From Leptonemataceae bacterium (GTDB taxonomy: Bacteria > Spirochaetota > Leptospiria > Leptospirales > Leptonemataceae), in assembly GCA_965227295.1 (NCBI GenBank), contig OZ245742.1:4064001-4128000 (forward strand): a DNA stretch of 64,000 nt, given 5' to 3'. The notes under the pieces were generated by a model, which did no database searches, had not been told where the DNA came from, and saw nothing but the letters and a program-made list of their open reading frames with translations. The translations under genes and the position numbers were made by a program. Numbering within the stretch: position 1 is the stretch's first letter; each line of letters starts with the position of its first letter. Positions 39,977 to 49,937 of the stretch are shown here, in pieces.

Positions 39977-41189
39977 CGAAAAAGGAAGATCGTTCGTAGT
40001 GGATTTCGGCTGCTGCCTGCCCTTCGGCCATAACCTCTACAGCGTAAAACTTTACCAGAAGCGCGAGGAAGCCCGGCAGCGCGAAACAAAGGCGATCGTG
40101 TGTCGCCGGGCCAAATCCTACGAGAGCTTCCAGCTCAAGAATTTCTTTTTTACGTTACCGGTACTCTACCCGGAAGTCATCGTAGACGCCGAACAGAACA
40201 AGCTCAAACGCATTCTCCTGCGAATCTCCCAGGGCCTGTCGTTTTTGCTCGGCGGCGCACTCATCCGGGACCTGCGCGCGAACCTCGCCGTCCGGCGTAT
40301 GTTCCGGCGGCACCGCATCGGCCCGGACGACCTGATCATCTTTCCCAGTGCGGACTACTACGGGACCAGGGCGCTCCTGAAGAAATTTCAGAAGATCCCG
40401 ATGTCGGCCCGGCCTCGCATGCATCTGCGCTTCATTGGCGTGCTGGAGCTGGCCCGGCATTCGTTTCGCAACAGCCTGCTGGATCTCACCACGCGCCTGA
40501 ATCAAATTCCCGACCGTGTCACGGTCAGCGCGGAAGTACCCCGTTATGCTCGCTATCTGGATACGATTCTGCCGGGTCGCTCCGTAATCGCGGAACCGTT
40601 CCCCGTCGAAACGAAAGCGCTTCCCGCGGCGAAGGCCGACAGGTCCCGGAAGCGGCAGCAGTTCACGCTGCTCTTGCCGGGTGTCAACCGCGCGGACAAG
40701 GGCTACTTCGAGCTTTTTAATCTGGCGAAGGAACTCTTCTTTCGTTTTCCGAACGTGAAGATCGTTATTCAGGACATGAAGAAGTGGGACCGGCACTTCC
40801 GGAAGAAGTACCAGCGAAAGCTCCAACGCCTGGTGAACGTGGAGCTCCTGCCGCCGATCCTGTCCCGGGAAGAAATCATGGAATCGTACCGCAGAGCGGA
40901 TCTCATTCTCCTGCACTACGAGCCCTCGGTGTACTTCTTTCGAGGTTCGGCGATTCACTACGAAGCCATTGCGAATCGCATCCCCGTGCTGGCCAGGAAA
41001 GGGTCCGGCTTTGTCCAGGAAGTCGAAAGCTGGTCTTCCGGCTGGACCTACGAAACCAAGCCGGAACTATTTGCGCGTCTGGAAGAGATCATGAACTACA
41101 CGCCGCCCGGTATCGAAAAGAAGATGGATGCCGCGTTTTCAAAATTCGAGCAGGAAGTACATGAAGCGACTCTTCATTATCTGTCATAA
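39963..41189 (+). CDS. GT-B glycosyltransferase
   Basis: FGHN, NRADKGY, YRRADLILL, SAIHYEAIANRIPVL. Confidence 0.75.
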   Translation: MKTNNEKGRSFVVDFGCCLPFGHNLYSVKLYQKREEARQRETKAIVCRRAKSYESFQLKNFFFTLPVLYPEVIVDAEQNKLKRILLRISQGLSFLLGGALIRDLRANLAVRRMFRRHRIGPDDLIIFPSADYYGTRALLKKFQKIPMSARPRMHLRFIGVLELARHSFRNSLLDLTTRLNQIPDRVTVSAEVPRYARYLDTILPGRSVIAEPFPVETKALPAAKADRSRKRQQFTLLLPGVNRADKGYFELFNLAKELFFRFPNVKIVIQDMKKWDRHFRKKYQRKLQRLVNVELLPPILSREEIMESYRRADLILLHYEPSVYFFRGSAIHYEAIANRIPVLARKGSGFVQEVESWSSGWTYETKPELFARLEEIMNYTPPGIEKKMDAAFSKFEQEVHEATLHYLS

Positions 41190-42327
41190 GGACCATCTGG
41201 TCTCGGGCTCCTACGCTTTTTTTCAGGAGCTGCTGCAAGACGAGTTCGCGATTGAGATCATCGTGTACGACTTTCGCCTGCATTTTATCGAGACCCTGGT
41301 GAAGGCGCATCCCGACGCCGTCTACTTCCTGTTTCAGACGGAATTTCTCGCGCCCTGGTTCCTCACCCGGGGCATCAAGACGGTGGTCTTTCCCATGTTC
41401 GACGGCTGCGCCAACGCGCCGCCGGGTTACTTTCGCGTGCTGGATAACGCGTACGTGTTCAACTTTTCGAAGAAGCTGCACGCCCGCTGCACGAAGTCGG
41501 GCATCGTATCGTATCCGCTGACGTACTACCCGCCCGTGAAGACGAAGCCGGTCTCCTGGAAGGCGAAACAGGACCGACTATTCTACTGGCTACGCCGGCC
41601 GCTGGAAAAAATGCCGGAACACCGCATCGTGGAATTCTTCTCGCCGTATGTCGGCGGTTTTCACATTCACGACCGCCCGGACGGCTACAACTTCCTGAGT
41701 TCCACTTCGCGGAGCCCGGACCAATTCACCGCGACTTCGGACTGGTTCGAACAGCGCCAGGAGCTGGACCAAATCGTCGCGAATTCCAGGTTCTATCTCG
41801 CTCCACGACTGAGCGAAGGCATCGGCATGGCTTTTCTCGAGGCCATGTCCATGGGCTGCGTGGTGTTCGCGAACAACAACTCCACCCACGACCAGTACAT
41901 CTACCACGGCCACAACGGTTTCCTCATCGACTTTGAGTCGAAAGACAACGCCCTCATTCGCGCGCAGATTCGCGACGCCTTCGAGATCATTCGATCCGGT
42001 AAGCCCATCGGCGAAAACGCCCGGGAGTTTATGCGGACGGGACGGCCGGTATGGATCCGGCAGGCGGAACACCTGCGGACGATGGCCGTCGCGCTGCATG
42101 CAGCGCCGCCGGCCCGGCCGGGAGACTACACCGTGATCGAGCGCCTGCTCGGACGTTTGCTGGCGCAGGTCTACTATGTCGCTCACGCCTACGGTTACTA
42201 TGTCCTCGCCCTGGTGGCCGAGCGCATTGGAACCTTCGCCCCGTTAAGGAACAAAAGCTGGCTGTTAAAGTTGATTCGCACGGCGCGGAAACCGGTGCGA
42301 GCGGTGCTGGGTGGGAAATGGCAGTGA
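41161..42327 (+). CDS. GT4-like glycosyltransferase
   Basis: APRLSEGIGMAFLEAMSMG (EX7E), YIYHGHNGFL. Confidence 0.85.
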   Translation: MKRLFIICHKDHLVSGSYAFFQELLQDEFAIEIIVYDFRLHFIETLVKAHPDAVYFLFQTEFLAPWFLTRGIKTVVFPMFDGCANAPPGYFRVLDNAYVFNFSKKLHARCTKSGIVSYPLTYYPPVKTKPVSWKAKQDRLFYWLRRPLEKMPEHRIVEFFSPYVGGFHIHDRPDGYNFLSSTSRSPDQFTATSDWFEQRQELDQIVANSRFYLAPRLSEGIGMAFLEAMSMGCVVFANNNSTHDQYIYHGHNGFLIDFESKDNALIRAQIRDAFEIIRSGKPIGENAREFMRTGRPVWIRQAEHLRTMAVALHAAPPARPGDYTVIERLLGRLLAQVYYVAHAYGYYVLALVAERIGTFAPLRNKSWLLKLIRTARKPVRAVLGGKWQ

Positions 42328-43088
42328 GGCACTTCGCCGAATTAGTCGCTTACACCGTTCTGTTCAACCTGAAAGCGGCGACCAGAAACTACGCCCTGGG
42401 CTACCTGTGGTGGATCATCGAACCGGTCTTGCATCTGCTGATCCTGTTTCTGGTCTTCGGCGTTTTTTTTGGCCAGAGCGCCCAGGAGCACTACATTCCC
42501 TTCTTGCTGTGCGGCCTGGTGCCCTGGATCTGGTTCCACAAATCCGTCTCGGGCGGCATGGGCTCGATTGTCAGCGGCCGTAGCATCATCATGGACGCGG
42601 ACATTCCCAAAGTATTTTTCCCCACCGTGGCGATCCTGCAGGACTTCACGCGGGAGCTGATCGTGCTTGCCTGTCTCATCGTGACGCTGCTCATCGCCGG
42701 CGTTGCGCCACGCTCCGCCTGGCTCTTCCTGCCGGTTGTGATCGCGCTCCAGTTGATCCTGATCGCCTCCGTGGTTTACCTGCTCTCCATCGGCCTGCCC
42801 TATCTCCTGGACCTGGGGCAAATCATGCCGGCGCTGCTGCAGGTGTTGATGTTCGGCTCGGGTACTTTTTACGATTATCGCGATATGCCGGAAGCCTTTC
42901 AGCCACTCTTCCTGCTGAACCCCGTCGCCCTGCTCATCGGAATGTACCGGGATGTGCTGATCCACGGCACGCCCATCAATTTACAGGACTGCGCTTATAT
43001 CCTGGGGATCGCCGGCGTACTCGGGCTCATGAATCTCGCGCTGTATCGGACACTGGATAAAGACGTGCCCAGAATTTTGTTTCGTTAA
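42318..43088 (+). CDS. wzm: ABC-2 polysaccharide exporter permease
   Basis: LGYLWWIIEP, GLVPWIWF, LNPV...YRDVL. Confidence 0.9.
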   Translation: MAVRHFAELVAYTVLFNLKAATRNYALGYLWWIIEPVLHLLILFLVFGVFFGQSAQEHYIPFLLCGLVPWIWFHKSVSGGMGSIVSGRSIIMDADIPKVFFPTVAILQDFTRELIVLACLIVTLLIAGVAPRSAWLFLPVVIALQLILIASVVYLLSIGLPYLLDLGQIMPALLQVLMFGSGTFYDYRDMPEAFQPLFLLNPVALLIGMYRDVLIHGTPINLQDCAYILGIAGVLGLMNLALYRTLDKDVPRILFR

Positions 43089-43090
43089 CT

Positions 43091-43801
43091 ATGCACCCCT
43101 TACTGGAATTGGAAAACGTTTCTTTCTCGTATAGAACGGGCCACTCGATCTTCTCGAAATGGAAGACACGCAAACGAGTCTTACAGGATCTTTCCTTCGA
43201 CATTCTGCGGGGCGAAACGCTGGGAATCCTGGGGCGAAACGGTGCCGGCAAGAGTACCCTCTTGCGGTTGTTGTCCGGGATCGTGGTCCCGGACAGTGGA
43301 AACATCATCAAAAATTGCCGGAAGGTCAGCCTGCTGTCCATCGAGCTGGGATTCTCCGGGCAGCTCACCGGTATCGAGAACATTTTTCTGAGCGGCCTGT
43401 ATAACTCGTTCTCCAAACGCGAGATCAGCGCACTGATGCCCGAGATCATCGCCTTCGCGGACATCGGCAACGCCATCCACGATCCGCTGATCACATACTC
43501 TTCCGGGATGCGCGCCCGGCTCGGTTTTTCCATCGCGTATTTTCTGAAGCCGGACCTGCTCTTGATCGACGAGATCCTCGGCGTCGGGGACATTGATTTC
43601 CAGGTAAAATCGGAACGACTCATGAAAGCGAAGATTCAGTCCGATCAAACCGTGGTCCTGGTCACGCATGATCCGAACCTGGTTCGGAGCGTGTGTACGC
43701 GCGCACTCTGGATCGAAAACGGCCGGCTTCAATCCGTCGGTCCCACCGGGCAGGTGGTCGATGAATACCTGGCTCATATGCTCCCGGAAGAGAGTCGCTG
43801 A
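43091..43801 (+). CDS. wzt: ABC polysaccharide exporter ATPase, no C-terminal CBM (KpsT-like length)
   Basis: GRNGAGKST, YSSGMRARLGF, LLIDEILGVGD, VTHD. Confidence 0.93.
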   Translation: MHPLLELENVSFSYRTGHSIFSKWKTRKRVLQDLSFDILRGETLGILGRNGAGKSTLLRLLSGIVVPDSGNIIKNCRKVSLLSIELGFSGQLTGIENIFLSGLYNSFSKREISALMPEIIAFADIGNAIHDPLITYSSGMRARLGFSIAYFLKPDLLLIDEILGVGDIDFQVKSERLMKAKIQSDQTVVLVTHDPNLVRSVCTRALWIENGRLQSVGPTGQVVDEYLAHMLPEESR

Positions 43802-43802
43802 C

Positions 43803-45101
43803 ATGTACGGTTCGATGAAACACATCCTCGCCCGGGCCATCCAGGTTTTCCGGCGGCTCCGGGCGCGGATCACCGGCCGGACTTCCGGGGACAATCATGC
43901 AACGATACACTTTCGATTTCGCGATCGAACCTTTACACTCAACGCCGGCACGCCCGCCCTGAACGTAATCGATACCATCGCTCCGGACGGTTCGTATGAG
44001 CCCTGGGTGTTGAAGTATCTGGAAATTACCTCGGACTATTTCGGTCCCGACAAAGACGCGGTGGATATTGGAGCGAACATCGGCATCGTTTCGCTCGCTC
44101 TGGCCGGCTTGCAGCATCAGGGCAACGTCGTCGCCATTGAGCCGGTATCGTTCTTGTTTGCTTGTCTGCAATCCAACCTGGAACAGAACCAGGTCCCGAA
44201 CGTCACAGCCCGCCGGGCGATCATAGATGACCGGGATGGGATGGTACGCGAAATCCAGGTCCCCGCGGGAGCGCCCGGGGGAGCCACCGTCGCGGGCAGC
44301 CCGGATAGAACACGCATCATCGCGCATTCCGAAACGGTACCCACCGCAAAGCTGGACACGTATCTACGGGAACAACATCCCGGACTACATGTTAAGATCT
44401 TGAAAATCGACGTGGAGAACTGGGAACTCCCGGTACTGAACGGAGCGGCGGAAACCATCCGGAGCGATGATCCTGTTACCCTGATTGAATTCAACGTACA
44501 ACATCGTTCTCTCGAGGTGGAGCGCGGCGGCTTTGACCTGTATCAGCGCCTGTCGTCCCTGTTTAAGCACCTGTTTTTGATCGACCGACTGCATCATGAT
44601 CTGATACCGATCCGGTCCTACGCGGAACTGCGCGGAGCCATGCTCACCGGACACTTTGTCGAAGACCTGCTCTGCTTCAACGACGCGAACTTTCTGGAGC
44701 ACCTTCGCCCTCATGTTTCGGCCCCCCGCTTCCCGACCTACTTCGCGGGAAAGCTCACGCTGAGCCGGAGCGGCCGGGAAAGCATCGTCAGTCTTTCACA
44801 CTATCCCGACAACTGGTGTCACGGGCACGATTTTTTTCTCCATGCCCGGGTTCCCGTTCACATCACGCTGACCAACGCGGGCCCGCACGAGAAGGTTCGC
44901 TTGCGGATCGCCGACGGCAATGCAGTCAGCGAATTCACGCTGGCGCGCCAGCCGGTGGAGCGCGTCTACGGCGTAAACGATGACGGCACTTTCATTCACG
45001 TCTTCGTGGAGCAAATCTTCAGCGCGGCCGGGTACTTTCAAAACGAAGACCCCCGCGAACCTGGCATACAGATTTCCGTACGGGAAGGCTCTTCAGAGTG
45101 A
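43803..45101 (+). CDS. FkbM-family methyltransferase
   Basis: VDIGANIG, AIEP, LKIDVENWELPVLNGA. Confidence 0.9.
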   Translation: MYGSMKHILARAIQVFRRLRARITGRTSGDNHATIHFRFRDRTFTLNAGTPALNVIDTIAPDGSYEPWVLKYLEITSDYFGPDKDAVDIGANIGIVSLALAGLQHQGNVVAIEPVSFLFACLQSNLEQNQVPNVTARRAIIDDRDGMVREIQVPAGAPGGATVAGSPDRTRIIAHSETVPTAKLDTYLREQHPGLHVKILKIDVENWELPVLNGAAETIRSDDPVTLIEFNVQHRSLEVERGGFDLYQRLSSLFKHLFLIDRLHHDLIPIRSYAELRGAMLTGHFVEDLLCFNDANFLEHLRPHVSAPRFPTYFAGKLTLSRSGRESIVSLSHYPDNWCHGHDFFLHARVPVHITLTNAGPHEKVRLRIADGNAVSEFTLARQPVERVYGVNDDGTFIHVFVEQIFSAAGYFQNEDPREPGIQISVREGSSE

Positions 45102-46609
45102 GCGAGAACTTCGTAAACCGAACGTTACCCGTGTCGAGAATCATCGACCGGTTTCACAGGTACCCCGTAAAGGTCCTGTGGCACGAAACGTTTTGGGCCG
45201 AGGCGGATTCTATTTTCGCGGCGTTCTATTCGTTCTGCAAGGTCGGCGAGAAGTACGTCTCTTTGCACGGGGAAATGAAAATCGAAACGTTTCACCAGCG
45301 ACGCAAAGCCGGCGCGAAAATCGCGGAGCTGTACAAAACCGAATACGAACTTACAGACAACGGACTGGTGCCCACGGGCCGGCGTCGCATCGGTCTGGGC
45401 GCGGACCCCCGGATGGTCAGCGACGGCGAAAACTGTTATGCCTACGTCATCGGCTACGGAGAGGCCGGCCATCCGGCCTTTCTCTACGTCGAAAAGGACG
45501 ACTCCCTGCGCCCGCTCCAGGCCCCGGACGATTTTTTCTGGGGCAAGAACTGGCAGCCGTATCTGGAAGACGGCCGGCTGTTTATCGTTCACGAGCTGAC
45601 TCCGTATCGAATCTATGAAGTCGACCTGGCAACCTGCGTTCTGGAGGAAGTGCACCAGGGACGAACGGACCCGGGACTTTCGGCCCATCATACGCACTAC
45701 TCGATGTTACGCGGCGGCGCCAACGCCATCGCCGAAAATGATTACGTCTACGGGATCGGCCGGGCGTCGACACAACCCTACAAACACTTTCCGTTTCTCT
45801 GGTCGAGTTACCGGCGGGAAGCCCCCGTCGTCCAGTTCATCGATATCTTTTGCGGTCTTGTCGAGAAAGGCTTCAGCATTCTCGATCCCACCTCTATGTG
45901 GAAGGACGGCGCGGGCCTGGCCTTTGGACTGGCCTGCTCCGAAACGTGTTGGTTTTTCGAGCAACGTTTCCTGAACCTGCTGCTGTTCATCGACGCGGAA
46001 GGCAAGTATCCGAATTTGCCGACGCTGGATGATTTTTTGACAGACTTCGAGGATCACTACACCAACGGCACGCCGCGCCTGGAAAGACACATCTTTCACT
46101 GCGATCAAATGCAGCACGACGTCGCCCATACGTTCGAATACGGTGTCCGGTCCAGCGGCATGCCCGGCGCCCTGGTCTACGGGCCGTACATTCGCCCGGC
46201 CAGAGCGATGTTCCTCGCCGTCGAGTTGACCTATCTGACCATGCACCCGGCCGGAGGCTGCCCCGGGGTCTTTGATATCATGCTATCGCGAGAGGATGAT
46301 ACCGGCGAGGTCGAGTTCGTCCGGGCCGCAGAGTGCCGCCTGGAAAACACGGATCGTGAGATCGCGTCCGCGATGCTCTACCTCGACACCGGCAAATACA
46401 TCGGATGGAAAATAGAATTTCGAGTCATCGTGAACGAAGGTATCGAGCTCAACGCCTTTCATGTTCGAACACAAGAAATCCCGGGCCCGATCCCTGCGCC
46501 GGCACAGACGCCGCAAAAACAAACAGACGACGCCGGTCACTCGCGCTCTTTCACGGAGACGATGTTTCACAAGGCGATGAGCTTGCTCCACTTTTTGCGG
46601 CCGCGATGA
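45098..46609 (+). CDS. Second beta-propeller glycan enzyme candidate with C-terminal CBM-like domain
   Basis: ADPRM, GKNWQPY, LRGGAN, DPTS, GALVYGPY. Confidence 0.6.
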   Translation: MSENFVNRTLPVSRIIDRFHRYPVKVLWHETFWAEADSIFAAFYSFCKVGEKYVSLHGEMKIETFHQRRKAGAKIAELYKTEYELTDNGLVPTGRRRIGLGADPRMVSDGENCYAYVIGYGEAGHPAFLYVEKDDSLRPLQAPDDFFWGKNWQPYLEDGRLFIVHELTPYRIYEVDLATCVLEEVHQGRTDPGLSAHHTHYSMLRGGANAIAENDYVYGIGRASTQPYKHFPFLWSSYRREAPVVQFIDIFCGLVEKGFSILDPTSMWKDGAGLAFGLACSETCWFFEQRFLNLLLFIDAEGKYPNLPTLDDFLTDFEDHYTNGTPRLERHIFHCDQMQHDVAHTFEYGVRSSGMPGALVYGPYIRPARAMFLAVELTYLTMHPAGGCPGVFDIMLSREDDTGEVEFVRAAECRLENTDREIASAMLYLDTGKYIGWKIEFRVIVNEGIELNAFHVRTQEIPGPIPAPAQTPQKQTDDAGHSRSFTETMFHKAMSLLHFLRPR

Positions 46610-46635
46610 TGGAACACGGAGCTGAGAGGTCGATG

Positions 46636-47340
46636 TTAACAACATCCACTGCCCGGCCCCCCGCTCTCTTCCTCCTGCGCGCAACGAATGCGTTCGTAGG
46701 CCAATGCGCCCAGGCAGGTACCTGCAACGGGAACAATCATATACAACCACAGCATATCCAGCTCGCCGCTCAACAACGCCGGCCCGAGAGAGCGCGCTGG
46801 ATTCATGGACGCGCCGGTGAGCGGGCCGCCGACGAACGCACAGACCGTCACCGTGGTACCAATGGCAATGCCCGCGAGTTCGCCGACGGCGCGGGCATCC
46901 GTCGCCACGCTGATGATCACAAACATCAGCGCGAAGCTGAGCAAAAGTTCGAGAAAGATGCCGGGGCCGATGCCGGTGTTCAGCGCGGTTGCGCCGAAAG
47001 AATGTCCGATCCCCCAGACAAAACGATGCGCCAGGGAGGCCAGCACGGCGCCGAGACATTGCGAAAAAATGTAGCCCGGGATCCGCGAGACATCCAGGCG
47101 ACCGCTCATCCAGAACGCGATGGTGACCGCGGGATTAAAATGCGCGCCGGAGATGTGACCGACGGCGTAGATCATGATCGCCACCGTCGCGCCGAAGACC
47201 ACCGGGATCGCCGGGCCCGGTTCCGTCATTCCGGTCTCGGCCAGGATGACGGAACCGCAGCCGAAGAACACGAGAAAGAAGGTTCCGATCAACTCGGCGT
47301 AGTAATGCGGAAGCGTGAGATGCGAACGCAGCCAGGCCAT
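46636..47340 (-). CDS. MIP-family channel (aquaporin/NIP-like)
   Basis: AELIGTF, ISGAHFNPAVT, GASMNPARSLGP; ends in CC. Confidence 0.95.
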   Translation of the reverse strand: MAWLRSHLTLPHYYAELIGTFFLVFFGCGSVILAETGMTEPGPAIPVVFGATVAIMIYAVGHISGAHFNPAVTIAFWMSGRLDVSRIPGYIFSQCLGAVLASLAHRFVWGIGHSFGATALNTGIGPGIFLELLLSFALMFVIISVATDARAVGELAGIAIGTTVTVCAFVGGPLTGASMNPARSLGPALLSGELDMLWLYMIVPVAGTCLGALAYERIRCAQEEESGGPGSGCC

Positions 47341-47387
47341 GCGTTCATCGTTTAATTGCGATGAATGCCGTCAAGGACTCCGCAACC

Positions 47388-48692
47388 CTACAGCATCGCA
47401 CTCAGCCGGCGTAGATAGCGAATGTACTCGAAGTGCCGGACCGCCGCCTTGTGTCGTTCGTTGCGCATGTATTTCACGCCGCCGGACAGTTCGGGTCGGT
47501 GGCCGTTCTTGAGCGCGATCAATTTGCGCGCCCCGCGTTTTCCTTTGCGCTGCGCCTGGATGAAACGGGCGATTACTTCGGATTGATAGTACGCCGGCAC
47601 GTTGAAGCTCCCGTCATTTACATAGAGGCCGACCATGAACAGGTTCTCGAAGTCCGGCGCAAAAAAATGTGCGAACAGGTCCGGGTAGGTTTTGTTCCAG
47701 TTCAAGTGCTCTTTGTCGATGAACGGATACGTATAGCGATACCCGGTCGCGTAGATGACCGTATCCGCCTCGATGCTGGTTCCGTCGCTGAAGTGCACGG
47801 TACGATCCTCGAAACGTTCAATGTCCGGACGCACGTCGATTCGGCCGTGGCTCAGATAATAAAACATCAGTGAGTTGATGACCGGATGCGATTCGTAGAG
47901 TTTATGATCCGGCGCCGGCATGCCGACCCGCGTCATATCACCGTAGAGTCTGCGCAGCATCCACGGTTCCACGCGCTGGCGGATCCATACCGGCGTGCGC
48001 AGTTTCGCGAACAGGTGGCCGATGGCGTCCGCCGGAAGACCGAAGATGTGCTTGGGAACGAAGTAGTAGCCGCGGCGAACACTCAGGCTGGTCGAGCGCG
48101 CGTGTAACGCCGCTTCCACGGCGATGTCGCAGCCGGAGTTACCCGCGCCCACAATCACCACGCGTTTGTCCTTGATCTGCGCGGGTTTCTTGTAATGGAG
48201 CGAGTGAAAGAGTTCTCCCGTAAAGGTACCTTCGTAACGCGGCATCTTCGGATTCCAGTTGTGTCCCGTGGCAATGACCACGCCGCCGTACAGACGCGTC
48301 TCCCCGCCGTCCAGATGAACCCGAAAACAATCACCCTCCGGTTCGACGTTTTCCACCGTGCGGTTAAACTCGATCTTTTGTCCGACACCGAGGTGACGCG
48401 CATACGAACGCAGGTATTTCAAAACGAGCGTATGATGCGGGTAATCCGGATAGTCTTCGGGCATCGGGAAGTCCGGAAAACCGGACAGCCGGCTCGATGA
48501 AATGAAGTGCGTCGATTCGTAGATCGGATTCGCGGGATTGCCGTAGTCCCAGAGCCCGCCGGTATCCGCCGATCGTTCCAGGCAATCGAAGGCGATGTCG
48601 TACTTCAAAAAATTGGCGCACGCGGCCAATCCGGCGGCGCCGGCTCCGATGATGCAGTAACGTTCCGATCGATCAATCATTGTTTCATTCAT
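47388..48692 (-). CDS. Flavin-containing monooxygenase (class B FMO)
   Basis: GAGAAG, GGLW, FTGELFHSLHYK fingerprint, GAGNSGCD, ATGY; ATGA overlap with the MFS stop. Confidence 0.93.
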   Translation of the reverse strand: MNETMIDRSERYCIIGAGAAGLAACANFLKYDIAFDCLERSADTGGLWDYGNPANPIYESTHFISSSRLSGFPDFPMPEDYPDYPHHTLVLKYLRSYARHLGVGQKIEFNRTVENVEPEGDCFRVHLDGGETRLYGGVVIATGHNWNPKMPRYEGTFTGELFHSLHYKKPAQIKDKRVVIVGAGNSGCDIAVEAALHARSTSLSVRRGYYFVPKHIFGLPADAIGHLFAKLRTPVWIRQRVEPWMLRRLYGDMTRVGMPAPDHKLYESHPVINSLMFYYLSHGRIDVRPDIERFEDRTVHFSDGTSIEADTVIYATGYRYTYPFIDKEHLNWNKTYPDLFAHFFAPDFENLFMVGLYVNDGSFNVPAYYQSEVIARFIQAQRKGKRGARKLIALKNGHRPELSGGVKYMRNERHKAAVRHFEYIRYLRRLSAML

Positions 48693-49930
48693 ATAATTTC
48701 TCCTGTAGGTTTTTCCGCCGATACGAACATCATCAGCAGGCCGGCCGTGCCGAAGCCGCCGAGGCCGAAGAACAACGCGGCGTACATCGGATGGCTTCCG
48801 AAGAGTTCGTAACCGATCAAAGGAAACAACGCGCCGCCGGCGTAGGAACAGGCGGTGGCCAGGCCGAGGGCCGCCCCGGAACGGCGCGGGTCTCCGAGAA
48901 TTTCGTGATTCATAAACAGCGCGAAGTAGATGCCGATGGCTCCCGTGGTAAATCCCTGGAGGCCGAGAAAGATCCACAGCGCAAAGGCGCCCGGGGTTTG
49001 CGCCGTCCACCAGGTGGCGAGTAACATCAACCCGCTGAGCCCCGTGGAAACGAGAAAGATCACCCGGCGATAACCGAGCGCATCGCTTAAGTACGGAACC
49101 AACACACAACCGGACACGAAGGCGAGCGTCGCCACGGCCGGGGCCGAACCCGCCGCTTCCGCGGACCAGCCGCTTCGTTCGAGGTAGTACGGCAGCAGTC
49201 CGGAAATACCGAGATACGCCCCGGTAAACAGAAAGTAGATCGCGCACAGCGTGTAGGTATCCCGACACGCGAGCAACTCCCTGGCGCTGTGGCGCAGCGC
49301 TTCGCCGACGGTGTTCTCTGCCTGTGCCGGCGGCCGGGTATCGTGGACGCTGTAGAGCCAGGCGAACGAAATCACCGCGGCCGCCCCGGCGAAGACGAGT
49401 AACGTAACATGCCAGCCGCCGAACCAGGCGGAGAGCGGAGCGGCCAGAACCGTCGCCAGTGCCGCACCGAATCCGTAACTGGCGAACAGAATGCCCTGGG
49501 CCAGCGCGCTGTGTTCGTCGGGAAAGTACGCCGCGACGAGTTTCGGAAGATTCACATAGGCCACCGCGGATGCGAAACCGTAGAGCGCCATGAAAGCGGC
49601 AAACAACGGATACTCATCGGACACGCCCCGGAGTCCGGCAAAGAGGGCGGCGGCAAACAACGCCGCCGCCCCCGCATACTTGAGGCCGAAGCGATCCGTC
49701 AAAGAACCGCCCAGGATGGAACCGGGAATGGACGCCAGGGGAATCCAGGCCCAGGCCTGATTGAGTTCGCGCATGGACATGTGCGTCTTCTGCGTCATTT
49801 CGTAAAAGAGCGCCGGCATGCACATGTAGAGCATGCCCAGGGAAACCAGGTGCGCGAGGGACGCGATGCTCAGCATGCTCCAGCGCTCCGATGCGTATCG
49901 AAACGGAGTGATGATTGCGGAAGTGGACAT
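48689..49930 (-). CDS. MFS transporter
   Basis: About 12 TM segments; GGSLTDRFG and YLSDALG motifs. Confidence 0.9.
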   Translation of the reverse strand: MSTSAIITPFRYASERWSMLSIASLAHLVSLGMLYMCMPALFYEMTQKTHMSMRELNQAWAWIPLASIPGSILGGSLTDRFGLKYAGAAALFAAALFAGLRGVSDEYPLFAAFMALYGFASAVAYVNLPKLVAAYFPDEHSALAQGILFASYGFGAALATVLAAPLSAWFGGWHVTLLVFAGAAAVISFAWLYSVHDTRPPAQAENTVGEALRHSARELLACRDTYTLCAIYFLFTGAYLGISGLLPYYLERSGWSAEAAGSAPAVATLAFVSGCVLVPYLSDALGYRRVIFLVSTGLSGLMLLATWWTAQTPGAFALWIFLGLQGFTTGAIGIYFALFMNHEILGDPRRSGAALGLATACSYAGGALFPLIGYELFGSHPMYAALFFGLGGFGTAGLLMMFVSAEKPTGEII

Positions 49931-49937
49931 CTCTCAA

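Noticed and set aside
47388..49268. 626-aa extended FMO as listed in the ORF track
   Set aside because: The extension overlaps the MFS gene in another frame; the likely start is ATG 48692 with a GGAG RBS and ATGA coupling
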